NCBI GenBank assembly: GCA_900617105.1
Contig: UYFQ01000366.1
Coordinates: forward strand, 1 to 38,949
Direction of reading: 5' to 3'
Length of the DNA stretch: 38,949 nt
Origin: Hydrurus foetidus
Lineage: Eukaryota
Shown here: positions 22,301 to 33,244 of the stretch, in pieces
Layout: each line of letters begins with the position of its first letter
How positions within the stretch are numbered: the stretch's first letter is position 1
Notes under the pieces: generated by a model
Database searches by the model: none
The model's input: the letters and a program-made list of their open reading frames with translations, nothing else
What the model was told of the DNA's origin: nothing
Made by a program: the position numbers and the translations under genes

Positions 22301-23351
22301 CAGATTTTGTTCCGATGGAAAGAAGAACTTCTGGAGGTGCGTACTGCAACGTCTCTTCTGCTACGAGTGGACCGAATGAGCTATAGAAGCCGCTACTTAT
22401 AGAATCGTCACTGACTGCTGATGATAGGTCTGCCATGAGAATTCTGGCTTCTGCTTCCGTGTTGAGGAGAATGTTCGAAGGCTTCACATCTCTGTGGGTC
22501 ACTCCTCGTATATGCAGTGCTGCAACGCTCGCTATCACCTGCTGCATGATGCCGCGGAGAGATGAAGCCCCTTTTGAAGTTCTCAGTTTTCTCCACAGTA
22601 ATGAGGGTTCCATGACAGCACTAACTTCACTCATCGTTATTGTATACAGTAATTTCTGAAGCGATATCCCCTCATCTTTGAATACCAACCTATAATAAAT
22701 ATTCTAGGTGAAAATTTTGCATGAGGAAGAAAACAAGATAGCATGTCCTGGGTGATCTCACCAGTAATCGTCATCTGTATTAAAGTACGATATGTATCGT
22801 GCTACATTTTCAACACCTTGAAATTTCAGACCGAAGAAAATTTCCCTGAGAGCACACCTTTCAATATCAGGTCTACCTTTCACATGCATTCGTTTCAGGA
22901 TGAAAGAGTTGTTGGAGTCGATGATGCCATCCTTAAGGATCTGCCGAGCGCGCCAAACTTCCCCATGGCCGCCACGGAAAATATGTTGGTCCAGGCAGTA
23001 GGTACCGTTCCGAATACAGCTGGCGCTCATATTTACTCTAATCTCCTTCGCTAATGTGACATACCCGAAAGTTGTCCATTGTTCAGTCTCCGATACAACT
23101 GCTTCTTGTGACTTCGTGGTTGGAGCCAGCAGCAGCTTCTGACCATGATGCTCCTCTTGAAACCAGTTTGAAGTTGTTCCCAGGTAGTCAAGTCTTTGTT
23201 CTAGCTTATAATCGCCAATTATGTCTCCACCATCAAATGAGGCTACTTGTAAAGCGTTCTCTGTCCCCACAACAGTGGAAACAGATCCATTTGGGACGAT
23301 AGGATCGGCACCACACGTCCGAAAAAGTCGGAGGTATATTATCGCCAGCAT
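19322..23351 (-). CDS. Ser/Thr kinase - C2H2-like zinc finger - PP2C phosphatase fusion; exons 23351-22762, 22689-21635, 21521-19785, 19656-19322 (5' end uncertain)
   Basis: Kinase motifs RGGHGEVW, ILKRM, HRDVKPSN, YAPPE, DSWSVG; PP2C motifs GRRKYMED, VFDGHSG, AGTTA, ANVGDSR, DHTP, LAVSRSLGD, DNV. Three GT-AG introns restore YWLVFKDEG, MVDAMDHAYF and LASDGLWD in frame. Confidence 0.9.
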
Positions 23352-24257
23352 GATCTGTCAACATTTAAGTGCACTTTTATCAACGAAAACGTCATCAGCA
23401 CATCCCAGACGACTTCTGTATTTCTCCGCATGACAAATCTAAACCTACAGCAGCATGCAAAAGTCGGAGAGACTTCTTCTTGCTTGACTATTCGGAAGTT
23501 CAAGTTGTTGTTGGGGCATTTTCACGGATTCCAGACACACGTACGGACTACTGTAAAGTTCGGTCTCACAATAATTTTTTGTGGGAGATGTTTCAACTGA
23601 TTTCAGCAAAAAAAATGCAGGTAAAAAATGAAAATAAACTTTATTCAACTCAGAAAATCTCTCTGATGCACAGAAGGACCTGGAGGTGAATGCAAGGTTC
23701 TCAGCAGGAAAAAGAGAATGTTATGTCACACAAAATAGAACGCGATAGCAGTTTTCAATTTGCATGCGCAGTTAGAAAGGTCACATCGGTTATTTCTAGG
23801 CCTGATCTCAACAAGTCCTCGCTAGAAAATTCAAATTTCGCCTGCTAGAGTCAGTTGAGCGGCTCTTATCTGACCAATTGAGGTTCATTGATGTGGTCAA
23901 GCACAGTTGAATGTTACAGCTCGGCAGTGTTGTAGATAAATAATTCCAGAGAAAAGATCGAGACGCACTATCAAAATTGTTATCCAAATTCAAGGCATGT
24001 TCAAAAATTACAGTGAAGAGGAGAAAACTAAATGTAAATGCAGAATCAAAAATGTAAGGCACTGGTGATGGTGTTGAACAAGTGCCGCTAGTTGGTGTCA
24101 AGAGACCACTATGGAATTGGTGATAAAAATGTACGTCTGTTCGTGTGTGTATGTGCGATTCGTGTGTGTAAAGTGCATGTGTGTGTCTTTAGATGCACAT
24201 CCCACATTGCATTTAGATGATATTGTGGGGAAGAAGGTCATAACTGCTCTGCACCGA

Positions 24258-27200
24258 CTAATTCCAACTGTCCCACAGTCTGCTGACCTCTGCGAGATAT
24301 CTGTCGGGGAAGTGATCCCATGCCATTGTGGGGCTCACGGTCAACTCTAGGAAGTCAGCAGTGGGAGCATAGTGAGGAGTGTGCACAGATCGCGTTAGGC
24401 AGAAAAATCCGTCTGCGTATTGACACAAAAAATTACGTTAAAAGAGGAGATTTTAGATTGTCGTGCATCAATTCATTATGCATGGCCAATCGATGCTAGA
24501 AAAAGAAATTTGAGGAGATTGTGCATCTCCGTACCTTCTTCCGACTTCACGAGATGGACAGCGCGACCAGGTAGGTGCAGTCGAGGCAGAGCGTCATCAC
24601 TATTCGAAGTGTTGCCCGACCTTCTATTCATTGAGCTCTACATCATAGTGGTGTTAGTTCATGTTAGAGTCCAAGTTGAAGTTGAAGTTGCAATTATGAG
24701 GAATCTGATCATTTGACACTTTACAGCAACTGTGACAGAAGCAGTAGAGCTTACGGAGACGAGCAGAGCTGCTCACACGATGACCGCTGACGCACCTGGT
24801 AGGCATCAACGCATCTTCTGAAGTCACTAGGCGGCTCTTCTCCCTTCGCATACATCACATCCGCAGGTTCAAAGTCCTTACACGGTATCAAGGGAGCAGT
24901 TGGGAAGTGTCAGAAGTCATGCCATGGAATGAGTTAGGAAAATGAAGAGTGTGAAAGGAATGAAGAGGGAAAGATGAGGTAAAGTGTGGCGCGATGGAGG
25001 TACCTTGAAGACAGCCTGCAACACCATCAACTTATGCACCCTAGCCCTCGCTGCGATGAATGAAAATCATCATTAGTTAGTAGACAAGTTAGAGGTCGAT
25101 TGTACAATTTAGAAAATGTGCATATGTATGTAAGTGTGTACGTGTGTGCGTGTGTGCATGTGAGATAGATAGAGGGAAAGCGTAAGAGAGAGGGACAGAC
25201 ACAGAGATTGTGAGTGAGTGATTGAGTGAGTGAGTGAGAGAGAGAGAGAATGAATGTGCGTGAATGAGATAGTGTATGTGTTTCGTGAGAGGGGGAGGAG
25301 GAGGAACAGAGGAGAATAGATAGAGCTTAAAGAAAAGAAAGTGACGCAGAATGAATCAACAGATGCTCACCAATGCAGTCGAGCACTTCTTCCCTCAATG
25401 ATGCCATCGCATGCACGGACATACGTGCTACCATGTCAGAGTCCAGTACGAAAGATGTCACGTATTCGCAACACTCTGCGTATCAGAATAAAATGATAAT
25501 ATAAGGTTAGCATCTGCTTTGAATCCTCACAGGGAATGGTGCACATGGGCATTGAATGCAGACTAGTCCTAATGTAACCGAACCTTGGGCAGTATGCCAG
25601 TCGAAGACTGATGCAGGCATCCCGTATCCCAGACACTTCACTGTGGGGTAGCGGTGTCGCAGTGTGAGCGCCAATATAGCCGCTGCTGCAGCCCCTAGTG
25701 AGTGACCAACGATAACTAACTCGTAGCTCTCATAAGGGTTCTGAGAAGAGAGGTCAAGTGTCAATGAGTTGTCAGTGAATCAAATAACCTCCTTATCCTA
25801 CAATCAAAACATTTAGCAAATACGTCACTTACACTATTGAATATTTTCTCTTGGGGACTGTTTGTAGGATAACTGCTCGATGGTTGTTGCTGCTCATATA
25901 TTTTGTAGAGTATATGGGAGTTCTCTAAGTCCTCTCGGATGTACAGTGCGGCACTCAGAAACCCCCCGTGGGCATACCTCCCCACACCATCGAACCCCCA
26001 TCGCTCCCCCGCTGCTTTCAGTTCAACAGGGTCAGCAATGGCGTCAGTGATGCAGTCCTCTAGAGACATTGACCCTCTTATTGTTATCACCACTGAGCGC
26101 TGTTCGTGATTGAGAAACACTGCGAAGGGCTTAGCGACTGTGTCGTTCTCGTAGGAGGCGTACACGACTTCCGATGCGATGTCCTTCGTAAAGTGAATAA
26201 GACCCGCATGATTTGATCTGCAGCAGTTGTCGCCCTTTATGGTGGAGGATTGCGTTGCGGTGGACTGGAATCTGGAGTAGGAGCGAGAGATCCCTGACCG
26301 CCTGCTGCATGGCGAGCAGCTGGACGGCGTGCATCCGCTGCAACAGGACCCCTCCTCACCGCTCCCACCAGCAGTGATATTTCTCATCTTAGAGATGAAA
26401 AGACAGCACAGCCCAGTGCACGGTTGCATGTACAGTGCGAGCAGATGGGTGTATATGGCGATCATGTATTTAGCGTACTTCGCTGCGGATTCTATGAGCG
26501 CTCTATCAGATTCGTTCTTCCTGTCCAGTATGCTCCGATGATTAATGGAGTAATTAGACATCTTCATGCTGTTCAAGTATGACCCATCATACCCTTCCTG
26601 ATCATCTCTTGCTTCTTCTAGATCCGTGAATTTCGAGTCATATGTCGTAGACGCTTGAAATGTGTTCGAGTAAGCAGCTGGGACGAAGGATGAAGAGATA
26701 CCATTGTTGAAAGAAATCTGCCGTCTCTGCCGCTGCTGAATTCTAACAAGCATTATTCCAGCTACGACATCTGAGGGTACAACGTCTAGAAACCCATCAT
26801 GGTGGAAGAAATTGGTGAGAACCCTCGCAACAGTGTTGAGATCTTCATCGATGTTACTCCCTCCGAAAATGTTACAGCTTACTATCTGAATATACCGCAT
26901 CACAGATTTGCATCGTCCTTCTAGCATCGTTGCTGCATAATGTTCATCCTGGAGAGACTCTTCACCTTCTCGGCTTGCTGCGAACGAATAACAACAACAC
27001 ACCAAGGACGTGATATCCACCAACTGACTTATGACAATCACACCAAGCATTATCAAATCGTACTGCTGTGTACTTTTGAGCTCATGCACGCACGGAATGA
27101 AAGTTCGTGAGCTGATCACGAATAGGCCACATATTGCCAAGATAAACTGAAGGAGCCCCAATGCTAAGTGGGCCGTCAAATATTTCCCTATTCCAACTTC

Positions 27201-27476
27201 TCTTTTTCCATTCTCGACAATAGAACCGACTAGAGATTTCTTCACTATGCAAGCTTCACATATAATTGAAAGAATGAAGACCGTGAGAGATATATACAGG
27301 TACGAAAGCAATCCACCGCCATTCGGACAACGTGAAAGCCTTGGGCTCGTAAACGCCAAGACTGTTATGAGTAAGGTAGACCAAAAGATTCGACCCAAAA
27401 TTGCGAAAACTCCCGGAAAGAACAGCTCGTCTGAAGACAGCCTCCACAACCTTCCATTGTATCGAAGATGAGGCAT
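24258..27476 (-). CDS. sn1-diacylglycerol lipase-like protein (4 TM plus class 3 lipase); exons 27476-25833, 25740-25584, 25475-25371, 25050-25004, 24876-24796, 24637-24535, 24412-24258
   Basis: DAGL-type N-terminus MPHLRYNGRLWRLSSDELFFP, four hydrophobic helices, IRGSMSLEDCITD, AHGGF, GHSLG, DMVARMS, LHLPGRAVH, VSPTMAWDHFP (S-D-H triad). Six GT-AG introns spliced manually keep the frame. Confidence 0.9.
25120..25320. repeat. Compound microsatellite (GT)n/(GAGT)n/(GA)n within a lipase intron
   Basis: gtgtgtgcgtgtgtgc, gtgagtgagtg and gagagagagaga runs inside intron 25051-25370. Confidence 0.8.
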
Positions 27477-27733
27477 CGTGGCTTGTTCCTTGACATTCAC
27501 GGCAGGGGCAGCTCAATGTGGAACGTTGATTCCACTATCTAGAGAAATCATGAAGACACACATCGCCGTCGCATGATTTTTCATCACGCCTTCTCTGAGC
27601 GGTCAAAATGAACCTCTGTTCTTGCGTCGAATGCTCGAATGTGTTGAAGTGTCTCTATCCTTCCAAATGATAGTGTCCGAAGAGGTCTAAGTGTAGACCC
27701 ATTTAAATTTTAAATCGCGCGCCTACACCCTAC

Positions 27734-28052
27734 TGTTGGGATTTCTCTAGGCCCGGATGCTTTGTGACTCCTGTGACCGGTGACCCAAGGCTCGTAAAAT
27801 AGACTTTGTATTGTGTAATTACTTGATAATTAAACTTGTGCACCGGCATCAATCAAGACGGCAACGAAGCTTTACATATCAACGCAATTGCACATGTTCT
27901 ATCCGTGTTGAAGATAGATGAATGGATGGCTCCATGAGCCCACACATCCAACGGTCCACGATCTGCACCCCAAGGGCACACACCGCTGACCGTCGGGATC
28001 CACGCATATACTATACGACTACAGCAGTGTCTTTTCTCCGGATACTCCAACA
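27734..28052 (-). repeat. Probable 3' LTR of Copia B
   Basis: TGTTGG...CCAACA termini about 145 bp downstream of the pol stop; alternative inner end at 28061. The partner LTR is not in the window. Confidence 0.65.
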
Positions 28053-28195
28053 CACCCAACAGGCATGCAGTAGTTGAAGCACCCAGGCACGCATCGGATT
28101 TTCATGTCAGCAATAAATAGATGTGAATTGTTTTTCAAGCAGTAATGTCTAACTAAATGTTCTCGAATGGCGGGACGCCTTCATCGCTGGCACCC

Positions 28196-30625
28196 TTAAT
28201 TCTTCTCGTCCACCGTGGGCCATCCCGTGAGTCCGTCTCTCTCCCTCTGGAACTGGGCCCCCTGGAGTGGCTTGGTTAGTACGTTCGCGTACATGTCCTC
28301 GCTGCGTAAGTACTCCACCCGTACCTCGCCAGTGTCCACTCGCTCTTTAACCCAGAAGTATCGGATCTGGATGTGGCGTGTGCGCTCCGCCCCGGATCTG
28401 CCGCGCTCCACTAGCGCCATGCAAGACTGGTTGTCTTGATAGATGACCACCGGCTCCATCTCATACCCCTGTGCGATAAGAAAAGTACGAATGAATATGC
28501 CTTGGTTAGCTGAGTCGGACAGCCCTACCAGTTCGGCCTCCGTACTCGACTTCGTAACTATCAGCTGCTTCGATGATCGACAGTGCACAGCTCCGACGTC
28601 TCCAATTACCACGCAGCTTCCCGTGTGTGACCGTCCATCGCTGTGCACACCGTAGGACGCATCAACGAATAGCCTCACCGTGATACCTCCTGCACCCGGC
28701 CTCAGCAATACGCCGCTGTCCCTTGTCGCGTATATGTAACGCACCAAACGCTGTAGCTTGTCCACGTCGTCTGTCGTGCACTTGTTGACTCGCGTGGCTA
28801 GGAATGCCACTGTCACTAGGCACTCCGGTTTGGTACGCTTAGCCAAGTAGAGCACCATTGCGACCACTTTGTGGAACCAGACTCGCACCGGCTCTATCAC
28901 TGTGGTGGCATCCTCTCTCGTCTCAAATAGCCCCTCTGTGGCCGGTGTACGCGCAGAGCCCTTCACCCCCGATATCTTGACTATCTCGTCACAGTAGCCC
29001 GTGGTTGTGATCATCGCCTGTCCTGATATATGCATGTCGATCGACATCCCGAGGTAGTTTACGACAGGACCATGCGATAATGTGATTGCACCGTACCTCT
29101 TGCGTAGTCCCTCGACTAGGTGTGTCACGTTGGCCTTGCTCCTACTTGTTATGAGTAAGTCGTCGACGTGCACTGCTGCAGTGCACTGAAGCCCGTCCGT
29201 ACCTGTCCGGTTGAATACGCATTTATCACTGATATTCCGTACGTACCCGAGTCCCACCATGGTGGAGTGCAGATTCTCGTACCACAGTCCGGCACTCTCT
29301 ACGCAACCGTATAGCGCTTTCTTGAGGTGGACCGTGACGCCTCCCCTCGCGTCCGTGTACTTACCGTACGTGGGGTCAATGTCAATGATGATATCGGACA
29401 TAGTGCGATCGAGGCGCATGTGCACTGGCACGTCCAGTGTCATGTCCGCGTTGAGGTATGCTCCACTGATATCTACTACTGCGACTCGACGCTTCTCATG
29501 AGCAGCGACCGCAAGCAACGTGAATACGGCACTAGTGGACACAGTCGGAGAGGACAGGTCCTCATATAGCCCCTTGTCTTGCTGGTCGCCACCTGCTACC
29601 AGCCGTGCCTTGAGCTTGAGGAAGCTCCCGTCCGGGTTGTTCTTCTGCTTGAGGAACATCGAGGATCGAATGGTCGATGCTCTCTGCATCGCCGTTAGTT
29701 TCCCACCCATCACCGGCGCCCATACCCTTTTATCTATCATTTGTCTGAGCTCCGACACAATGACTTTCTTCGCTTCGTGTCCTCTGGTGCGAAATGCTTC
29801 TTTAACACTTATGTTGGCAGTGTTGCTCTTCCCCATCTCCTCTCTGTGCCTCTTCATCACCTCATCTACATCATGTGTGGTTGGTGCTGTGTTGGCGGAT
29901 CTCGGTACTGTACCCCCTGTGTTCGTCACGAACGCATCTTCGTTCGTACGGGTTGACCTCGTCACCATACGCTCTGTTGGTACCGGTACCCTGCGTTGTT
30001 CTCTCACAGGCGACTGCACTGATTGTGCTGGTTGCTGTGGGACTGGTTCGATCTCAGGTGCGAGTGTGTCTGCTGAAATGTCGTCTGGTTCAGGCGGTGA
30101 TGTGGGTGGTGTAGGTAGGGGTGGTGTAGGTAGGTCACGTTCGTGCACCCCAGTTCTTTCGAGTGCCTCCATTCCGATTTCCTCTGATGGCGGCGTAGCT
30201 TCGGCTGCGACTGGTACCCCCCCCCCCACATCGGAAGGAGGAATCTCGAAAATGCTGTCAGCTGATGGTAGGTCGGTGAGTGTGGGTTGATGATCCACCG
30301 ATACCCGTTCGACAGTGGCATCCTGAGTGGGGGGGTTTGTAATGAAGGATGGCATTTTAGACTTGTCTAGACTGTTGGCGAATAGTAGTTCATCAAACAC
30401 ATGCAGTTGGGTTTGAGTTATTTTCTTCCCTTCTTTGACTGCCATGGCGTTCAGCGTCGCTATGACCGACTGCGGCATAGGCAGTATCTTGAATTGATCT
30501 CTCGTCACGATCTTGCCTGTCGCCAGTGAGAGCATCTTGAACGATCCCGTTCTGCTGTGTGTGGGGAGCATTACAATGCAATCTTCAGTTCGAGATTGCA
30601 TAGTGTTATTCGTATTAGGTACGGT
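28196..30625 (-). CDS. Copia B pol: integrase C-terminus, reverse transcriptase, RNase H (uninterrupted 801 aa ORF)
   Basis: KLKARLVAGGDQQ, VDISGAYLNA, LKKALYG, HVDDLLI, YLGM, FVDASY, SSTEAE, YQDNQS, HIQIRYFWVKE. Confidence 0.95.
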   Translation of the reverse strand, partial: TVPNTNNTMQSRTEDCIVMLPTHSRTGSFKMLSLATGKIVTRDQFKILPMPQSVIATLNAMAVKEGKKITQTQLHVFDELLFANSLDKSKMPSFITNPPTQDATVERVSVDHQPTLTDLPSADSIFEIPPSDVGGGVPVAAEATPPSEEIGMEALERTGVHERDLPTPPLPTPPTSPPEPDDISADTLAPEIEPVPQQPAQSVQSPVREQRRVPVPTERMVTRSTRTNEDAFVTNTGGTVPRSANTAPTTHDVDEVMKRHREEMGKSNTANISVKEAFRTRGHEAKKVIVSELRQMIDKRVWAPVMGGKLTAMQRASTIRSSMFLKQKNNPDGSFLKLKARLVAGGDQQDKGLYEDLSSPTVSTSAVFTLLAVAAHEKRRVAVVDISGAYLNADMTLDVPVHMRLDRTMSDIIIDIDPTYGKYTDARGGVTVHLKKALYGCVESAGLWYENLHSTMVGLGYVRNISDKCVFNRTGTDGLQCTAAVHVDDLLITSRSKANVTHLVEGLRKRYGAITLSHGPVVNYLGMSIDMHISGQAMITTTGYCDEIVKISGVKGSARTPATEGLFETREDATTVIEPVRVWFHKVVAMVLYLAKRTKPECLVTVAFLATRVNKCTTDDVDKLQRLVRYIYATRDSGVLLRPGAGGITVRLFVDASYGVHSDGRSHTGSCVVIGDVGAVHCRSSKQLIVTKSSTEAELVGLSDSANQGIFIRTFLIAQGYEMEPVVIYQDNQSCMALVERGRSGAERTRHIQIRYFWVKERVDTGEVRVEYLRSEDMYANVLTKPLQGAQFQRERDGLTGWPTVDEKN

Positions 30626-30833
30626 TGTAGTCCAGATAGGAAGTAGGTCGATAGAGGAGAGGTGTTAGTTAGTTACAAGGCTACGAGCTAGAAGCTAGGA
30701 TAACTTCTACGAGTAGGCTAGAGCTAGCTAGCAGCTGCGCTAGAGATGTATGTGTACAGTAGGCGGTAGGATCGGATGGATCGGGACAAGGTCCGGTACG
30801 GCCCGTAGGCCCGGTATAGCCGGTCCGACCACA
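30626..30833 (-). repeat. 3' LTR of Gypsy B1 (208 bp)
   Basis: TGTAGTCC...GACCACA; purine-rich AAGTGGGGGTGA immediately upstream on the minus strand. Confidence 0.97.
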
Positions 30834-31189
30834 TCACCCCCACTTATCTTTTTTCTGAAGAAAAAGAACCTATGACGCGACCACCACGTTTTGTACAAAA
30901 ATCTAATACAACTAAAACTAACTAAACGGAGAATAAAGAAAAAGATTACAAATATGTAAATCTTATAATACATTAAAAATGTAAAAATAAAAATAAAATA
31001 AAAATCTATACAAATAGACTGGGTGGTGGGTCGGTCAAGGCGATAAGGTGGGTGCCTAGTACCATGTACTTGCGCACGAGACCTCGATACGTAATTATGT
31101 CAGATTTTTACTGACTAAAACCATAAAAACCTCATAGAGGGAAAAATTAGGAAAAATCTTCAAAAGATAATACGTTCGAGATCAGCAAC

Positions 31190-33244
31190 TTAGGCTGATG
31201 TCTCAATGTTTCTGGGAATGAAATGTTTCATTTTGTTATCCCGTAAATAATCATGGAGTGCTTCACAGAGCCGTAGTGATTTCCACGGCTCCCATGTATT
31301 ATGAGAGTCATCGTAGTTGAGCCATTTAACATGGAACGACATTGTAGTCGGTTTCTTGGTGTCACCAGCGTGACCCAGAACTTTCTCAACCACGAACTCC
31401 ATGTAATCGCGACGAGCAGTGTCAGCAGGTATATCTACCTCTGGGTCATAATTGAATATCTTCAAATTTTTGACATGAACACTTCGTGTCTTGTGGTTAA
31501 CAAGGTTAGCGATAACATACTCGGACCCCTTAAAGGAGACAATACAGTAAGGGCCATGCCACTTAGTATGTAATCGAGTTGGAGGTCGATCAGTGTATCG
31601 GCATAAGACATATGACCCCACGGGGAACACAGTCGCTGATTCAGCTGACGCGGCATTTTTAGCATCCGCTTTTAACAAAGTTTGAACCGCAGTTTCAAGT
31701 ACTTTGTCTTGTACACTTATCAAATCTGATATGTACGTTGATCTTGAATGTGTTCCAACACTTAAGTGTGGAGTGAGAATACCACGATTCAAATCAAGTT
31801 TGTTCCCGAACAGTAAATGAGCGGGGCAGACACCTGTGCGTCTATTAACTGAACCGTTAATGATACGTTGCACGAATGGGATTGACTTAGCATATCCCTC
31901 AAGGGTTTGTTTATCAAAAACTAAACCTCTTAAGTGTCTATTCACCTCTTTGTTGACTCTTTCAACAATTGCATTCTCTTGTTTCGAGTAAGCAAGGGTG
32001 AGATTATGTGGTGTCCCACAAAGATCTAAGAAATCTTTGATCAAATCATTTGCGAAATGTGATCCTCGATCAGATCTAATCATATTTGGTGATCCAAATC
32101 GACCAAAATGCGCAAGCAAACAGTCAGCTGCTGATTTAGCATCTGCGTCTGCACACCAGAACAATTCTGTCCATCGTGTGAATGTATCGATGATGACTAG
32201 GATATAACCTTTGTCAGGAAATGGACCAATATAGTCAACATTTAGCGTATCGAAGATAGCATAATTTGAAGTTGCAAAATGAGACGCATTGATCTTAGGA
32301 TCTTTTGCACTCAACTTTTGACAACACGGACAGTTCTGTATGAACGTACGTACATGTTGTTTCATGTTTCCATACTTGTTGTAAACTAAACAACCGAGTA
32401 AGGGTACGGTCTACGCCGTTGTGACCGACAATTGCATTGTGGCACATTTGAATGTATTCTAACTGATCGTCTGAAGCTGGTTCTATGACCGTCAGAGCTG
32501 ATACAGTGAAAGAAGATGATGAAGTAGGAAGTAATTCCAATTCTTCTGTTCGTAATGGCAGAGCAATTTCTGTCAGATTAGGACAAAGCCTTGACAGTGC
32601 GTCTGCCAAAACATTCGAAGTACCGGGTACGAATACCACGGTAAAATCTAGTTCTTGCATAGCAATGAACCATCTCGCCACCATTGAGGTAGGATTTTGT
32701 TTCATATATCAGATGTTCAAATGATCCGTATGGATAGTGAACGTACGATCTCTGATTAGATAATCGAGTTGTGTACAACAAAGAAGATGGCATAAGCCTC
32801 TTTTTGTATCGTAGACCACCTTATTTGTGTGGGTACTCCCGATTTGCTAATGAAAGCAATTGGTTGCCAAATGGCACAACAACTTGGAATAAGACTGACC
32901 GATACCAAAGTCGGATGCGTCTGTATACAAGCGGATGTCTAACTTATTGTCATCAATGAAGTACATTAATGGACAACGAGATATAGCAATCTTTGTGTCA
33001 ACAAATGAGTTGGTGCTCTTTCGAGTCCAAACTACAGCAGAACGTCTCGGAGCAGAGTGATCAATCATATCCTGCATTGGCTTAACCAAAGTGGAATGCA
33101 TTGGTACAAACTGTCGAAAATAGTTCGCTAAACCCAAAATGACCTGAGTAAGGTTAAATTTTTAGGTATAGAAAAGTTTAAAACTGTTTCTATCTTCTCT
33201 TTTGACATGGATAACCATCTTTGTCAACGACTCTGCCAACGTAT
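31190..33244 (-). pseudogene. Gypsy B1 pol remnant: end of RT, RNase H, integrase, chromodomain (frameshifted)
   Basis: YVGRVVDKDG, GLANYFR, TDASDFGIG, ADALSR, CHNAIVGH...CPCCQK, NVDYIG, RSDRG, IVERVN, WHGPY, FHVKWLNY...NTWEP. Confidence 0.93.

Noticed and set aside
23369..24101. Short ORFs upstream of the kinase gene as extra exons or genes
   Set aside because: No motifs and no confident splice path; the 5' end is left uncertain.
29211..30290. Plus-strand ORFs up to 256 aa antisense to Copia B pol
   Set aside because: Shadow ORFs with no recognisable protein features.
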